A stretch of DNA of 64,000 nucleotides from Auanema rhodensis (lineage: Eukaryota > Animalia > Nematoda), in NCBI GenBank assembly GCA_964057225.1, contig OZ059896.1, positions 21,576,001-21,640,000 on the forward strand, read 5' to 3'. The notes beneath the pieces are model-generated. The model was not told the DNA's origin, did not search any database, and was given only the letters and a program-made list of their open reading frames with translations. This document shows, one piece after another, positions 1 through 12,800 of the stretch. Position 1 is the first letter of the stretch; the number at the start of each line of letters is the position of its first letter. Made by a program: the position numbers and the translations under genes.

Positions 1-283
1 CAGATCGACGCAGCTTAAAAATCCGCATCGAATGCACTATACTACATTGAGAAACGCTTAATACAAAAGTTAGTTATGATCGTTTGAAAAATGATGCCTT
101 AGTGTATGTTGAGTTTCCATGTACACTCAATATTGCTTCCAAAAACATTTTGACAAAAATTTTTTCGATAAATTTCAAAATAGTTTAGCAAAGAGTAGAT
201 GTTTTTAGATTCCTTTTTTTAAGGCAAAGACGATGGACAATGTTATTCAACGAAAAAATTAATTCTTCAGGGTGAAAATCGAG

Positions 284-305
284 GATATAAGTGTGAACTT
301 ATATC
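284..305. repeat. Perfect 9-bp-stem hairpin, once per monomer (m284-305)
   Basis: GATATAAGT-GTGA-ACTTATATC; the arms are exact reverse complements. Confidence 0.92.
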
Positions 306-315
306 AGTTGATATC

Positions 316-382
316 TCGGTGCATTTTTAAGCTAGCGCAAATCTGATAACACAGATCGACGCAGCTTAAAAATCCGCATCGA
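316..382. repeat. Imperfect inverted repeat across the monomer junction (present at every junction)
   Basis: Left arm TCG(G/A)TGC-ATTTTTAAGCT-AGCGCAA-ATCTG (316-345), spacer ATAACA (346-351), right arm CAGAT-CGACGC-AGCTTAAAAAT-CC-GCATCGA (352-382). The 11-bp core ATTTTTAAGCT/AGCTTAAAAAT is perfect. Confidence 0.9.
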
Positions 383-456
383 ATGCACTATACTACATTG
401 AGAAACGCTTAATACAAAAATTAGTTATGATCGTTTGAAAAATGATGCATTAGTGT

Positions 457-484
457 ATGTTGAGTTTCCATGTACACTCAACAT
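457..484. repeat. Perfect 9-bp-stem hairpin, once per monomer (m106-133)
   Basis: ATGTTGAGT-TTCCATGTAC-ACTCAACAT; the stem is interrupted in monomers carrying m129T. Confidence 0.9.
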
Positions 485-511
485 TGCTTCCAAAAACATT
501 TTGACAAAAAT

Positions 512-523
512 TTTTTCGAAAAA
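512..523. repeat. 12-bp perfect palindrome TTTTTCGAAAAA (m161-172) inside a longer imperfect AT-rich dyad
   Basis: Self-complementary. In consensus monomers it is flanked by ATTTTGA...TCAAAAT. Confidence 0.9.
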
Positions 524-3500
524 TTTCGAAATAATTTAGCAAAAAGTAGATGTTTTTAGATTCCTTTTTTCAAGGCAAAGACGATGGACAATGTTATTCA
601 ACGAAAAAATTAATTCTTCAGGGTGAAAATCGAGGATATAAGTGTGAACTTATATCAGTTGATATCTCGGTGCATTTTTAAGCTAGCGCAAATCTGATAA
701 CACAGATCGACGCAGCTTAAAAATCCGCATCGAATGCACTATACCACATTGAGAAACGCTTGATACAAAAATTAGTTATGATCGTTTGAAAATTGATGCA
801 TTAGTGTATGTTGAGTTTCCATGTACACTCTACATTGCTTCCAAAAACATTTTGACAAAAATTTTTTCGAAAAATTTCAAAATAATTTAGCAAAAAGTAG
901 ATGTTTTTAGATTCCTTTTTTCAAGGCAAAGACGATGGACAATGTTATTCAACGAAAAAATTAATTCTTCAGGGTGAAAATCGAGGATATAAGTGTGAAC
1001 TTATATCAGTTGATATCTCGATGCATTTTTAAGCTAGCGCAAATCTGATAACACAGATCGACGCAGCTTAAAAATCCGCATCGAATGCACTATACCACAT
1101 TGAGAAACGCTTAATACAAAAATTAGTTATGATCGTTTGAAAATTGATGCATTAGTGTATGTTGAGTTTCCATGTACACTCAACATTGCTTCCAAAAACA
1201 TTTTGACAACAATTTTTTCGAAAAATTTCAAAATAATTTAGCAAAAAGTAGAAGTTTTTAGATTCCTTTTTTCAAGGCAAAGACGATGGACAATGTTATT
1301 CAACGAAAAAATTAATTCTTCAGGGTGAAAATCGAGGATATAAGTGTGAACTTATATCAGTTGATATCTCGGTGCATTTTTAAGCTAGCGCAAATCTGAT
1401 AACACAGATCGACGCAGCTTAAAAATCCGCATCGAATGCACTATACCACATTGAGAAACGCTTAATACAAAAATTAGTTATGATCGTTTGAAAATTGATG
1501 CATTAGTGTATGTTGAGTTTCCATGTACACTCAACATTGCTTCCAAAAACATTTTGACAAAAATTTTTTCGAAAAATTTCAAAACAATTTAGCAAAAAGT
1601 AGATGTTTATAGATTCCTTTTTTGAAGGCAAAGACGATGGACAATGTTATTCAACGAAAAAATTAATTCTTCAGGGTGAAAATCGAGGATATAAGTGTGC
1701 ACTTATATCAGTTGATATCTTGGTGCATTTTTAAGCTAGCGCAAATCTGATAACACAGATCGACGCAGCTTAAAAATCCGCATCGAATGCACTATACTAC
1801 ATTGAGAAACGCTTAATACAAAAGTTAGTTATGATCGTTTGAAAAATGATGCCTTAGTGTATGTTGAGTTTCCATGTACACTCAACATTGCTTCCAAAAA
1901 CATTTTGACAAAAATTTTTTCGATAAATTTCAAAATAATTTAGCAAAGAGTAGATGTTTTTAGATTCCTTTTTTTAAGGCAAAGACGATGGACAATGTTA
2001 TTCAACGAAAAAATTAATTCTTCAGGGTGAAAATCGAGGATATAAGTGTGAACTTATATCAGTTGATATCTCGGTGCATTTTTAAGCTAGCGCAAATCTG
2101 ATAACACAGATCGACGCAGCTTAAAAATCCGCATCGAATGCACTATACTACATTGAGAAACGCTTAATACAAAAATTAGTTATGATCGTTTGAAAAATGA
2201 TGCATTAGTGTATGTTGAGTTTCCATGTACACTCAACATTGCATCCAAAAACATTTTGACAAAAATTTTTTCGAAAAATTTCAAAATAATTTAGCAAAAA
2301 GTAGATGTTTTTAGATTCCTTTTTTCAAGGCAAAGACGATGGACAATGTTATTCAACGAAAAAATTAATTCTTCAGGGTGAAAATCGAGGATATAAGTGT
2401 GAACTTATATCAGTTGATATCTCGGTGCATTTTTAAGCTAGCGCAAATCTGATAACACAGATCGACGCAGCTTAAAAATCCGCATCGAATGCACTATACC
2501 ACATTGAGAAACGCTTGATACAAAAATTAGTTATGATCGTTTGAAAATTGATGCATTAGTGTATGTTGAGTTTCCATGTACACTCTACATTGCTTCCAAA
2601 AACATTTTGACAAAAATTTTTTCGAAAAATTTCAAAATAATTTAGCAAAAAGTAGATGTTTTTAGATTCCTTTTTTCAAGGCAAAGACGATGGACAATGT
2701 TATTCAACGAAAAAATTAATTCTTCAGGGTGAAAATCGAGGATATAAGTGTGAACTTATATCAGTTGATATCTCGATGCATTTTTAAGCTAGCGCAAATC
2801 TGATAACACAGATCGACGCAGCTTAAAAATCCGCATCGAATGCACTATACCACATTGAGAAACGCTTAATACAAAAATTAGTTATGATCGTTTGAAAATT
2901 GATGCATTAGTGTATGTTGAGTTTCCATGTACACTCAACATTGCTTCCAAAAACATTTTGACAACAATTTTTTCGAAAAATTTCAAAATAATTTAGCAAA
3001 AAGTAGAAGTTTTTAGATTCCTTTTTTCAAGGCAAAGACGATGGACAATGTTATTCAACGAAAAAATTAATTCTTCAGGGTGAAAATCGAGGATATAAGT
3101 GTGAACTTATATCAGTTGATATCTCGATGCATTTTTAAGCTAGCGCAAATATGATAACACAGATCGACGCAGCTTAAAAATCCGCATCGAATGCACTATA
3201 CCACATTGAGAAACGCTTAATACAAAAATTAGTTATGATCGTTTGAAAATTGATGCATTAGTGTATGTTGAGTTTCCATGTACACTCTACATTGCTTCCA
3301 AAAACATTTTGACAAAAATTTTTTCGAAAAATTTCAAAATAATTTAGCAAAAAGTAGAAGTTTTTAGATTCCTTTTTTCAAGGCAAAGACGATGGACAAT
3401 GTTATTCAACGAAAAAATTAATTCTTCAGGGTGAAAATCGAGGATATAAGTGTGAACTTATATCAGTTGATATCTCGGTGCATTTTTAAGCTAGCGCAAA

Positions 3501-6500
3501 TCTGATAACACAGATCGACGCAGCTTAAAAATCCGCATCGAATGCACTATACCACATTGAGAAACGCTTAATACAAAAATTAGTTATGATCGTTTGAAAA
3601 TTGATGCATTAGTGTATGTTGAGTTTCCATGTACACTCAACATTGCTTCCAAAAACATTTTGACAAAAATTTTTTCGAAAAATTTCAAAATAATTTAGCA
3701 AAAAGTAGATGTTTTTAGATTCCTTTTTTCAAGGCAAAGACGATGGACAATGTTATTCAACGAAAAAATTAATTCTTCAGGGTGAAAATCGAGGATATAA
3801 GTGTGAACTTATATCAGTTGATATCTCGGTGCATTTTTAAGCTAGCGCAAATCTGATAACACAGATCGACGCAGCTTAAAAATCCGCATCGAATGCACTA
3901 TACCACATTGAGAAACGCTTGATACAAAAATTAGTTATGATCGTTTGAAAATTGATGCATTAGTGTATGTTGAGTTTCCATGTACACTCTACATTGCTTC
4001 CAAAAACATTTTGACAAAAATTTTTTCGAAAAATTTCAAAATAATTTAGCAAAAAGTAGATGTTTTTAGATTCCTTTTTTCAAGGCAAAGACGATGGACA
4101 ATGTTATTCAACGAAAAAATTAATTCTTCAGGGTGAAAATCGAGGATATAAGTGTGAACTTATATCAGTTGATATCTCGATGCATTTTTAAGCTAGCGCA
4201 AATCTGATAACACAGATCGACGCAGCTTAAAAATCCGCATCGAATGCACTATACCACATTGAGAAACGCTTAATACAAAAATTAGTTATGATCGTTTGAA
4301 AATTGATGCATTAGTGTATGTTGAGTTTCCATGTACACTCAACATTGCTTCCAAAAACATTTTGACAACAATTTTTTCGAAAAATTTCAAAATAATTTAG
4401 CAAAAAGTAGAAGTTTTTAGATTCCTTTTTTCAAGGCAAAGACGATGGACAATGTTATTCAACGAAAAAATTAATTCTTCAGGGTGAAAATCGAGGATAT
4501 AAGTGTGAACTTATATCAGTTGATATCTTGGTGCATTTTTAAGCTAGCGCAAATCTGATAACACAGATCGACGCAGCTTAAAAATCCGCATCGAATGCAC
4601 TATACCACATTGAGAAACGCTTAATACAAAAATTAGTTATGATCGTTTGAAAATTGATGCATTAGTGTATGTTGAGTTTCCATGTACACTCTACATTGCT
4701 TCCAAAAACATTTTGACAACAATTTTTTCGAAAAATTTCAAAATAATTTAGCAAAAAGTAGAAGTTTTTAGATTCCTTTTTTCAAGGCAAAGACGATGGA
4801 CAATGTTATTCAACGAAAAAATTAATTCTTCAGGGTGAAAATCGAGGATATAAGTGTGAACTTATATCAGTTGATATCTCGATGCATTTTTAAGCTAGCG
4901 CAAATATGGTAACACAGATCGACGCAGCTTAAAAATCCGCATCGAATGCACTATACCACATTGAGAAACGCTTAATACAAAAATTAGTTATGATCGTTTG
5001 AAAATTGATGCATTAGTGTATGTTGAGTTTCCATGTACACTCAACATTGCTTCCAAAAACATTTTGACAACAATTTTTTCGAAAAATTTCAAAATAATTT
5101 AGCAAAAAGTAGATGTTTTTAGATTCCTTTTTTCAAGGCAAAGACGATGGACAATGTTATTCAACGAAAAAATTAATTCCTCAGGGTGAAAATCGAGGAT
5201 ATAAGTGTGAACTTATATCAGTTGATATCTCGGTGCATTTTTAAGCTAGCGCAAATCTGATAACACAGATCGACGCAGCTTGAAAATCCGCATCAAATGC
5301 ACTATACTACATTGAGAAACGCTTAATACAAAAATTAGTTATGATCGTTTGAAAAATGATGCATTAGTGTATGTTGAGTTTCCATGTACACTCAACATTG
5401 CTTCCAAAAACATTTTGACAAAAATTTTTTCAAAAAATTTCAAAATAATTTAGCAAAAAGTAGATGTTTTTAGATTCCTTTTTTCAAGGCAAAGACGATG
5501 GACAATGTTATTCAACGAAAAAATTAATTCTTCAGGGTGAAAATCGAGGATATAAGTGTGAACTTATATCAGTTGATATCTCGGTGCATTTTTAAGCTAG
5601 CGCAAATCTGATAACACAGATCGACGCAGCTTAAAAATCCGCATCGAATGCACTATACCACATTGAGAAACGCTTGATACAAAAATTAGTTATGATCGTT
5701 TGAAAATTGATGCATTAGTGTATGTTGAGTTTCCATGTACACTCTACATTGCTTCCAAAAACATTTTGACAAAAATTTTTTCGAAAAATTTCAAAATAAT
5801 TTAGCAAAAAGTAGATGTTTTTAGATTCCTTTTTTCAAGGCAAAGACGATGGACAATGTTATTCAACGAAAAAATTAATTCTTCAGGGTGAAAATCGAGG
5901 ATATAAGTGTGAACTTATATCAGTTGATATCTCGATGCATTTTTAAGCTAGCGCAAATCTGATAACACAGATCGACGCAGCTTAAAAATCCGCATCGAAT
6001 GCACTATACCACATTGAGAAACGCTTAATACAAAAATTAGTTATGATCGTTTGAAAATTGATGCATTAGTGTATGTTGAGTTTCCATGTACACTCTACAT
6101 TGCTTCCAAAAACATTTTGACAACAATTTTTTCGAAAAATTTCAAAATAATTTAGCAAAAAGTAGAAGTTTTTAGATTCCTTTTTTCAAGGCAAAGACGA
6201 TGGACAATGTTATTCAACGAAAAAATTAATTCTTCAGGGTGAAAATCGAGGATATAAGTGTGAACTTATATCAGTTGATATCTCGATGCATTTTTAAGCT
6301 AGCGCAAATATGGTAACACAGATCGACGCAGCTTAAAAATCCGCATCGAATGCACTATACCACATTGAGAAACGCTTAATACAAAAATTAGTTATGATCG
6401 TTTGAAAATTGATGCATTAGTGTATGTTGAGTTTCCATGTACACTCAACATTGCTTCCAAAAACATTTTGACAAAAATTTTTTCGAAAAATTTCAAAACA

Positions 6501-9500
6501 ATTTAGCAAAAAGTAGATGTTTATAGATTCCTTTTTTGAAGGCAAAGACGATGGACAATGTTATTCAACGAAAAAATTAATTCTTCAGGGTGAAAATCGA
6601 GGATATAAGTGTGAACTTATATCAGTTGATATCTCGATGCATTTTTAAGCTAGCGCAAATCTGATAACACAGATCGACGCAGCTTAAAAATCCGCATCGA
6701 ATGCACTATACCACATTGAGAAACGCTTAATACAAAAATTAGTTATGATCGTTTGAAAATTGATGCATTAGTGTATGTTGAGTTTCCATGTACACTCAAC
6801 ATTGCTTCCAAAAACATTTTGACAACAATTTTTTCGAAAAATTTCAAAATAATTTAGCAAAAAGTAGATGTTTTTAGATTCCTTTTTTCAAGGCAAAGAC
6901 GATGGACAATGTTATTCAACGAAAAAATTAATTCCTCAGGGTGAAAATCGAGGATATAAGTGTGAACTTATATCAGTTGATATCTCGGTGCATTTTTAAG
7001 CTAGCGCAAATCTGATAACACAGATCGACGCAGCTTGAAAATCCGCATCAAATGCACTATACTACATTGAGAAACGCTTAATACAAAAATTAGTTATGAT
7101 CGTTTGAAAAATGATGCATTAGTGTATGTTGAGTTTCCATGTACACTCAACATTGCTTCCAAAAACATTTTGACAAAAATTTTTTCAAAAAATTTCAAAA
7201 TAATTTAGCAAAAAGTAGATGTTTTTAGATTCCTTTTTTCAAGGCAAAGACGATGGACAATGTTATTCAACGAAAAAATTAATTCTTCAGGGTGAAAATC
7301 GAGGATATAAGTGTGAACTTATATCAGTTGATATCTCGGTGCATTTTTAAGCTAGCGCAAATCTGATAACACAGATCGACGCAGCTTAAAAATCCGCATC
7401 GAATGCACTATACCACATTGAGAAACGCTTGATACAAAAATTAGTTATGATCGTTTGAAAATTGATGCATTAGTGTATGTTGAGTTTCCATGTACACTCT
7501 ACATTGCTTCCAAAAACATTTTGACAAAAATTTTTTCGAAAAATTTCAAAATAATTTAGCAAAAAGTAGATGTTTTTAGATTCCTTTTTTCAAGGCAAAG
7601 ACGATGGACAATGTTATTCAACGAAAAAATTAATTCTTCAGGGTGAAAATCGAGGATATAAGTGTGAACTTATATCAGTTGATATCTCGATGCATTTTTA
7701 AGCTAGCGCAAATCTGATAACACAGATCGACGCAGCTTAAAAATCCGCATCGAATGCACTATACCACATTGAGAAACGCTTAATACAAAAATTAGTTATG
7801 ATCGTTTGAAAATTGATGCATTAGTGTATGTTGAGTTTCCATGTACACTCAACATTGCTTCCAAAAACATTTTGACAACAATTTTTTCGAAAAATTTCAA
7901 AATAATTTAGCAAAAAGTAGAAGTTTTTAGATTCCTTTTTTCAAGGCAAAGACGATGGACAATGTTATTCAACGAAAAAATTAATTCTTCAGGGTGAAAA
8001 TCGAGGATATAAGTGTGAACTTATATCAGTTGATATCTCGGTGCATTTTTAAGCTAGCGCAAATCTGATAACACAGATCGACGCAGCTTAAAAATCCGCA
8101 TCGAATGCACTATACCACATTGAGAAACGCTTAATACAAAAATTAGTTATGATCGTTTGAAAATTGATGCATTAGTGTATGTTGAGTTTCCATGTACACT
8201 CAACATTGCTTCCAAAAACATTTTGACAACAATTTTTTCGAAAAATTTCAAAATAATTTAGCAAAAAGTAGAAGTTTTTAGATTCCTTTTTTCAAGGCAA
8301 AGACGATGGACAATGTTATTCAACGAAAAAATTAATTCTTCAGGGTGAAAATCGAGGATATAAGTGTGAACTTATATCAGTTGATATCTCGATGCATTTT
8401 TAAGCTAGCGCAAATCTGATAACACAGATCGACGCAGCTTAAAAATCCGCATCGAATGCACTATACCACATTGAGAAACGTTTAATACAAAAATTAGTTA
8501 TGATCGTTTGAAAATTGATGCATTAGTGTATGTTGAGTTTCCATGTACACTCAACATTGCTTCCAAAAACATTTTGACAACAATTTTTTCGAAAAATTTC
8601 AAAATAATTTAGCAAAAAGTAGAAGTTTTTAGATTCCTTTTTTCAAGGCAAAGACGATGGACAATGTTATTCAACGAAAAAATTAATTCTTCAGGGTGAA
8701 AATCGAGGATATAAGTGTGAACTTATATCAGTTGATATCTCGGTGCATTTTTAAGCTAGCGCAAATCTGATAACACAGATCGACGCAGCTTAAAAATCCG
8801 CATCGAATGCACTATACCACATTGAGAAACGCTTAATACAAAAATTAGTTATGATCGTTTGAAAATTGATGCATTAGTGTATGTTGAGTTTCCATGTACA
8901 CTCTACATTGCTTCCAAAAACATTTTGACAAAAATTTTTTCGAAAAATTTCAAAATAATTTAGCAAAAAGTAGATGTTTTTAGATTCCTTTTTTCAAGGC
9001 AAAGACGATGGACAATGTTATTCAACGAAAAAATTAATTCTTCAGGGTGAAAATCGAGGATATAAGTGTGAACTTATATCAGTTGATATCTCGATGCATT
9101 TTTAAGCTAGCGCAAATATGATAACACAGATCGACGCAGCTTAAAAATCCGCATCGAATGCACTATACCACATTGAGAAACGCTTAATACAAAAATTAGT
9201 TATGATCGTTTGAAAATTGATGCATTAGTGTATGTTGAGTTTCCATGTACACTCAACATTGCTTCCAAAAACATTTTGACAAAAATTTTTTCGAAAAATT
9301 TCAAAATAATTTAGCAAAAAGTAGATGTTTTTAGATACCTTTTTTCAAGGCAAAGACGATGGACAATGTTATTCAACGAAAAAATTAATTCTTCAGGGTG
9401 AAAATCGAGGATATAAGTGTGCACTTATATCAGTTGATATCTTGGTGCATTTTTAAGCTAGCGCAAATCTGATAACACAGATCGACGCAGCTTAAAAATC

Positions 9501-9828
9501 CGCATCGAATGCACTATACTACATTGAGAAACGCTTAATACAAAAGTTAGTTATGATCGTTTGAAAAATGATGCCTTAGTGTATGTTGAGTTTCCATGTA
9601 CACTCAACATTGCTTCCAAAAACATTTTGACAAAAATTTTTTCGATAAATTTCAAAATAATTTAGCAAAGAGTAGATGTTTTTAGATTCCTTTTTTTAAG
9701 GCAAAGACGATGGACAATGTTATTCAACGAAAAAATTAATTCTTCAGGGTGAAAATCGAGGATATAAGTGTGAACTTATATCAGTTGATATCTCGGTGCA
9801 TTTTTAAGCTAGCGCAAATCTGATAACA

Positions 9829-12800
9829 CAGATCGACGCAGCTTAAAAATCCGCATCGAATGCACTATACTACATTGAGAAACGCTTAATACAAAAATTA
9901 GTTATGATCGTTTGAAAAATGATGCATTAGTGTATGTTGAGTTTCCATGTACACTCAACATTGCTTCCAAAAACATTTTGACAAAAATTTTTTCAAAAAA
10001 TTTCAAAATAATTTAGCAAAAAGTAGATGTTTTTAGATTCCTTTTTTCAAGGCAAAGACGATGGACAAAGTTATTCAACGAAAAAATTAATTCTTCAGGG
10101 TGAAAATCGAGGATATAAGTGTGCACTTATATCAGTTGATATCTTGGTGCATTTTTAAGCTAGCGCAAATCTGATAACACAGATCGACGCAGCTTAAAAA
10201 TCCGCATCGAATGCACTATACTACATTGAGAAACGCTTAATACAAAAGTTAGTTATGATCGTTTGAAAAATGATGCCTTAGTGTATGTTGAGTTTCCATG
10301 TACACTCAACATTGCTTCCAAAAACATTTTGACAAAAATTTTTTCGATAAATTTCAAAATAATTTAGCAAAGAGTAGATGTTTTTAGATTCCATTTTTTA
10401 AGGCAAAGACGATGGACAATGTTATTCAACGAAAAAATTAATTCTTCAGGGTGAAAATCGAGGATATAAGTGTGAACTTATATCAGTTGATATCTCGGTG
10501 CATTTTTAAGCTAGCGCAAATCTGATAACACAGATCGACGCAGCTTAAAAATCCGCATCGAATGCACTATACTACATTGAGAAACGCTTAATACAAAAAT
10601 TAGTTATGATCGTTTGAAAAATGATGCATTAGTGTATGTTGAGTTTCCATGTACACTCAACATTGCTTCCAAAAACATTTTGACAAAAATTTTTTCGAAA
10701 AATTTCAAAATAATTTAGCAAAAAGTAGATGTTTTTAGATTCCTTTTTTCAAGGCAAAGACGATGGACAATGTTATTCAACGAAAAAATTAATTCTTCAG
10801 GGTGAAAATCGAGGATATAAGTGTGAACTTATATCAGTTGATATCTCGGTGCATTTTTAAGCTAGCGCAAATCTGATAACACAGATCGACGCAGCTTAAA
10901 AATCCGCATCGAATGCACTATACCACATTGAGAAACGCTTGATACAAAAATTAGTTATGATCGTTTGAAAATTGATGCATTAGTGTATGTTGAGTTTCCA
11001 TGTACACTCTACATTGCTTCCAAAAACATTTTGACAAAAATTTTTTCGAAAAATTTCAAAATAATTTAGCAAAAAGTAGATCTTTTTAGATTCCTTTTTT
11101 CAAGGCAAAGACGATGGACAATGTTATTCAACGAAAAAATTAATTCTTCAGGGTGAAAATCGAGGATATAAGTGTGAACTTATATCAGTTGATATCTCGA
11201 TGCATTTTTAAGCTAGCGCAAATCTGATAACACAGATCGACGCAGCTTAAAAATCCGCATCGAATGCACTATACCACATTGAGAAACGCTTAATACAAAA
11301 ATTAGTTATGATCGTTTGAAAATTGATGCATTAGTGTATGTTGAGTTTCCATGTACACTCAACATTGCTTCCAAAAACATTTTGACAACAATTTTTTCGA
11401 AAAATTTCAAAATAATTTAGCAAAAAGTAGAAGTTTTTAGATTCCTTTTTTCAAGGCAAAGACGATGGACAATGTTATTCAACGAAAAAATTAATTCTTC
11501 AGGGTGAAAATCGAGGATATAAGTGTGAACTTATATCAGTTGATATCTCGGTGCATTTTTAAGCTAGCGCAAATCTGATAACACAGATCGACGCAGCTTA
11601 AAAATCCGCATCGAATGCACTATACTACATTGAGAAACGCTTAATACAAAAATTAGTTATGATCGTTTGAAAAATGATGCATTAGTGTATGTTGAGTTTC
11701 CATGTACACTCAACATTGCTTCCAAAAACATTTTGACAAAAATTTTTTCGAAAAATTTCAAAATAATTTAGCAAAAAGTAGATGTTTTTAGATTCCTTTT
11801 TTCAAGGCAAAGACGATGGACAATGTTATTCAACGAAAAAATTAATTCTTCAGGGTGAAAATCGAGGATATAAGTGTGAACTTATATCAGTTGATATCTC
11901 GGTGCATTTTTAAGCTAGCGCAAATCTGATAACACAGATCGACGCAGCTTAAAAATCCGCATCGAATGCACTATACCACATTGAGAAACGCTTGATACAA
12001 AAATTAGTTATGATCGTTTGAAAATTGATGCATTAGTGTATGTTGAGTTTCCATGTACACTCTACATTGCTTCCAAAAACATTTTGACAAAAATTTTTTC
12101 GAAAAATTTCAAAATAATTTAGCAAAAAGTAGATGTTTTTAGATTCCTTTTTTCAAGGCAAAGACGATGGACAATGTTATTCAACGAAAAAATTAATTCT
12201 TCAGGGTGAAAATCGAGGATATAAGTGTGAACTTATATCAGTTGATATCTCGGTGCATTTTTAAGCTAGCGCAAATCTGATAACACAGATCGACGCAGCT
12301 TAAAAATCCGCATCGAATGCACTATACTACATTGAGAAACGCTTAATACAAAAATTAGTTATGATCGTTTGAAAAATGATGCATTAGTGTATGTTGAGTT
12401 TCCATGTACACTCAACATTGCTTCCAAAAACATTTTGACAAAAATTTTTTCAAAAAATTTCAAAATAATTTAGCAAAAAGTAGATGTTTTTAGATTCCTT
12501 TTTTCAAGGCAAAGACGATGGACAAAGTTATTCAACGAAAAAATTAATTCTTCAGGGTGAAAATCGAGGATATAAGTGTGCACTTATATCAGTTGATATC
12601 TTGGTGCATTTTTAAGCTAGCGCAAATCTGATAACACAGATCGACGCAGCTTAAAAATCCGCATCGAATGCACTATACTACATTGAGAAACGCTTAATAC
12701 AAAAGTTAGTTATGATCGTTTGAAAAATGATGCCTTAGTGTATGTTGAGTTTCCATGTACACTCAACATTGCTTCCAAAAACATTTTGACAAAAATTTTT

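Larger units (their letters stand above)
352..702. repeat. Representative near-consensus 351-bp monomer (copy 2)
   Basis: Runs CAGATCGACG...AAATCTGATAACA. Hand count of the consensus gives about 110 G+C in 351 bp, 12 CpG and many A/T tracts of 4-6 nt. Confidence 0.95.
1..3159. repeat. 5-monomer higher-order repeat (1755 bp)
   Basis: The monomer type with m69G/m98C/m169T/m193G/m220T occurs at 1 and 1756; the m60G/m129T type at 703 and 2458; the m157C/m200A type at 1054 and 2809. Confidence 0.8.

Noticed and set aside
239-255. CENP-B-box-like motif on the minus strand (TTTCGTTGAAT...)
   Set aside because: It matches only the TTCGTTG half; the essential CGGG is missing.
284-330. Rho-independent terminator or TATA box (GATATAAG)
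   Set aside because: The stem is AT-rich, has no adjacent U-tract and no associated gene; such motifs are expected by chance at about 69% AT.
1-351. Monomer as a dimer of ~175-bp subunits
   Set aside because: I could not align the two halves by eye; an ancient dimer would need a sensitive self-alignment to detect.
1-351. 5S rRNA, tRNA, snRNA or spliced-leader tandem gene unit
   Set aside because: No recognisable 5S/tRNA sequence, cloverleaf or Pol III A/B/C boxes were seen; an Rfam scan would be needed to exclude it fully.
1-351. Identity with Drosophila 359-bp (1.688) satellite or primate alpha satellite
   Set aside because: Only general size or AT-richness is similar; the sequence does not match the consensus sequences as I recall them.
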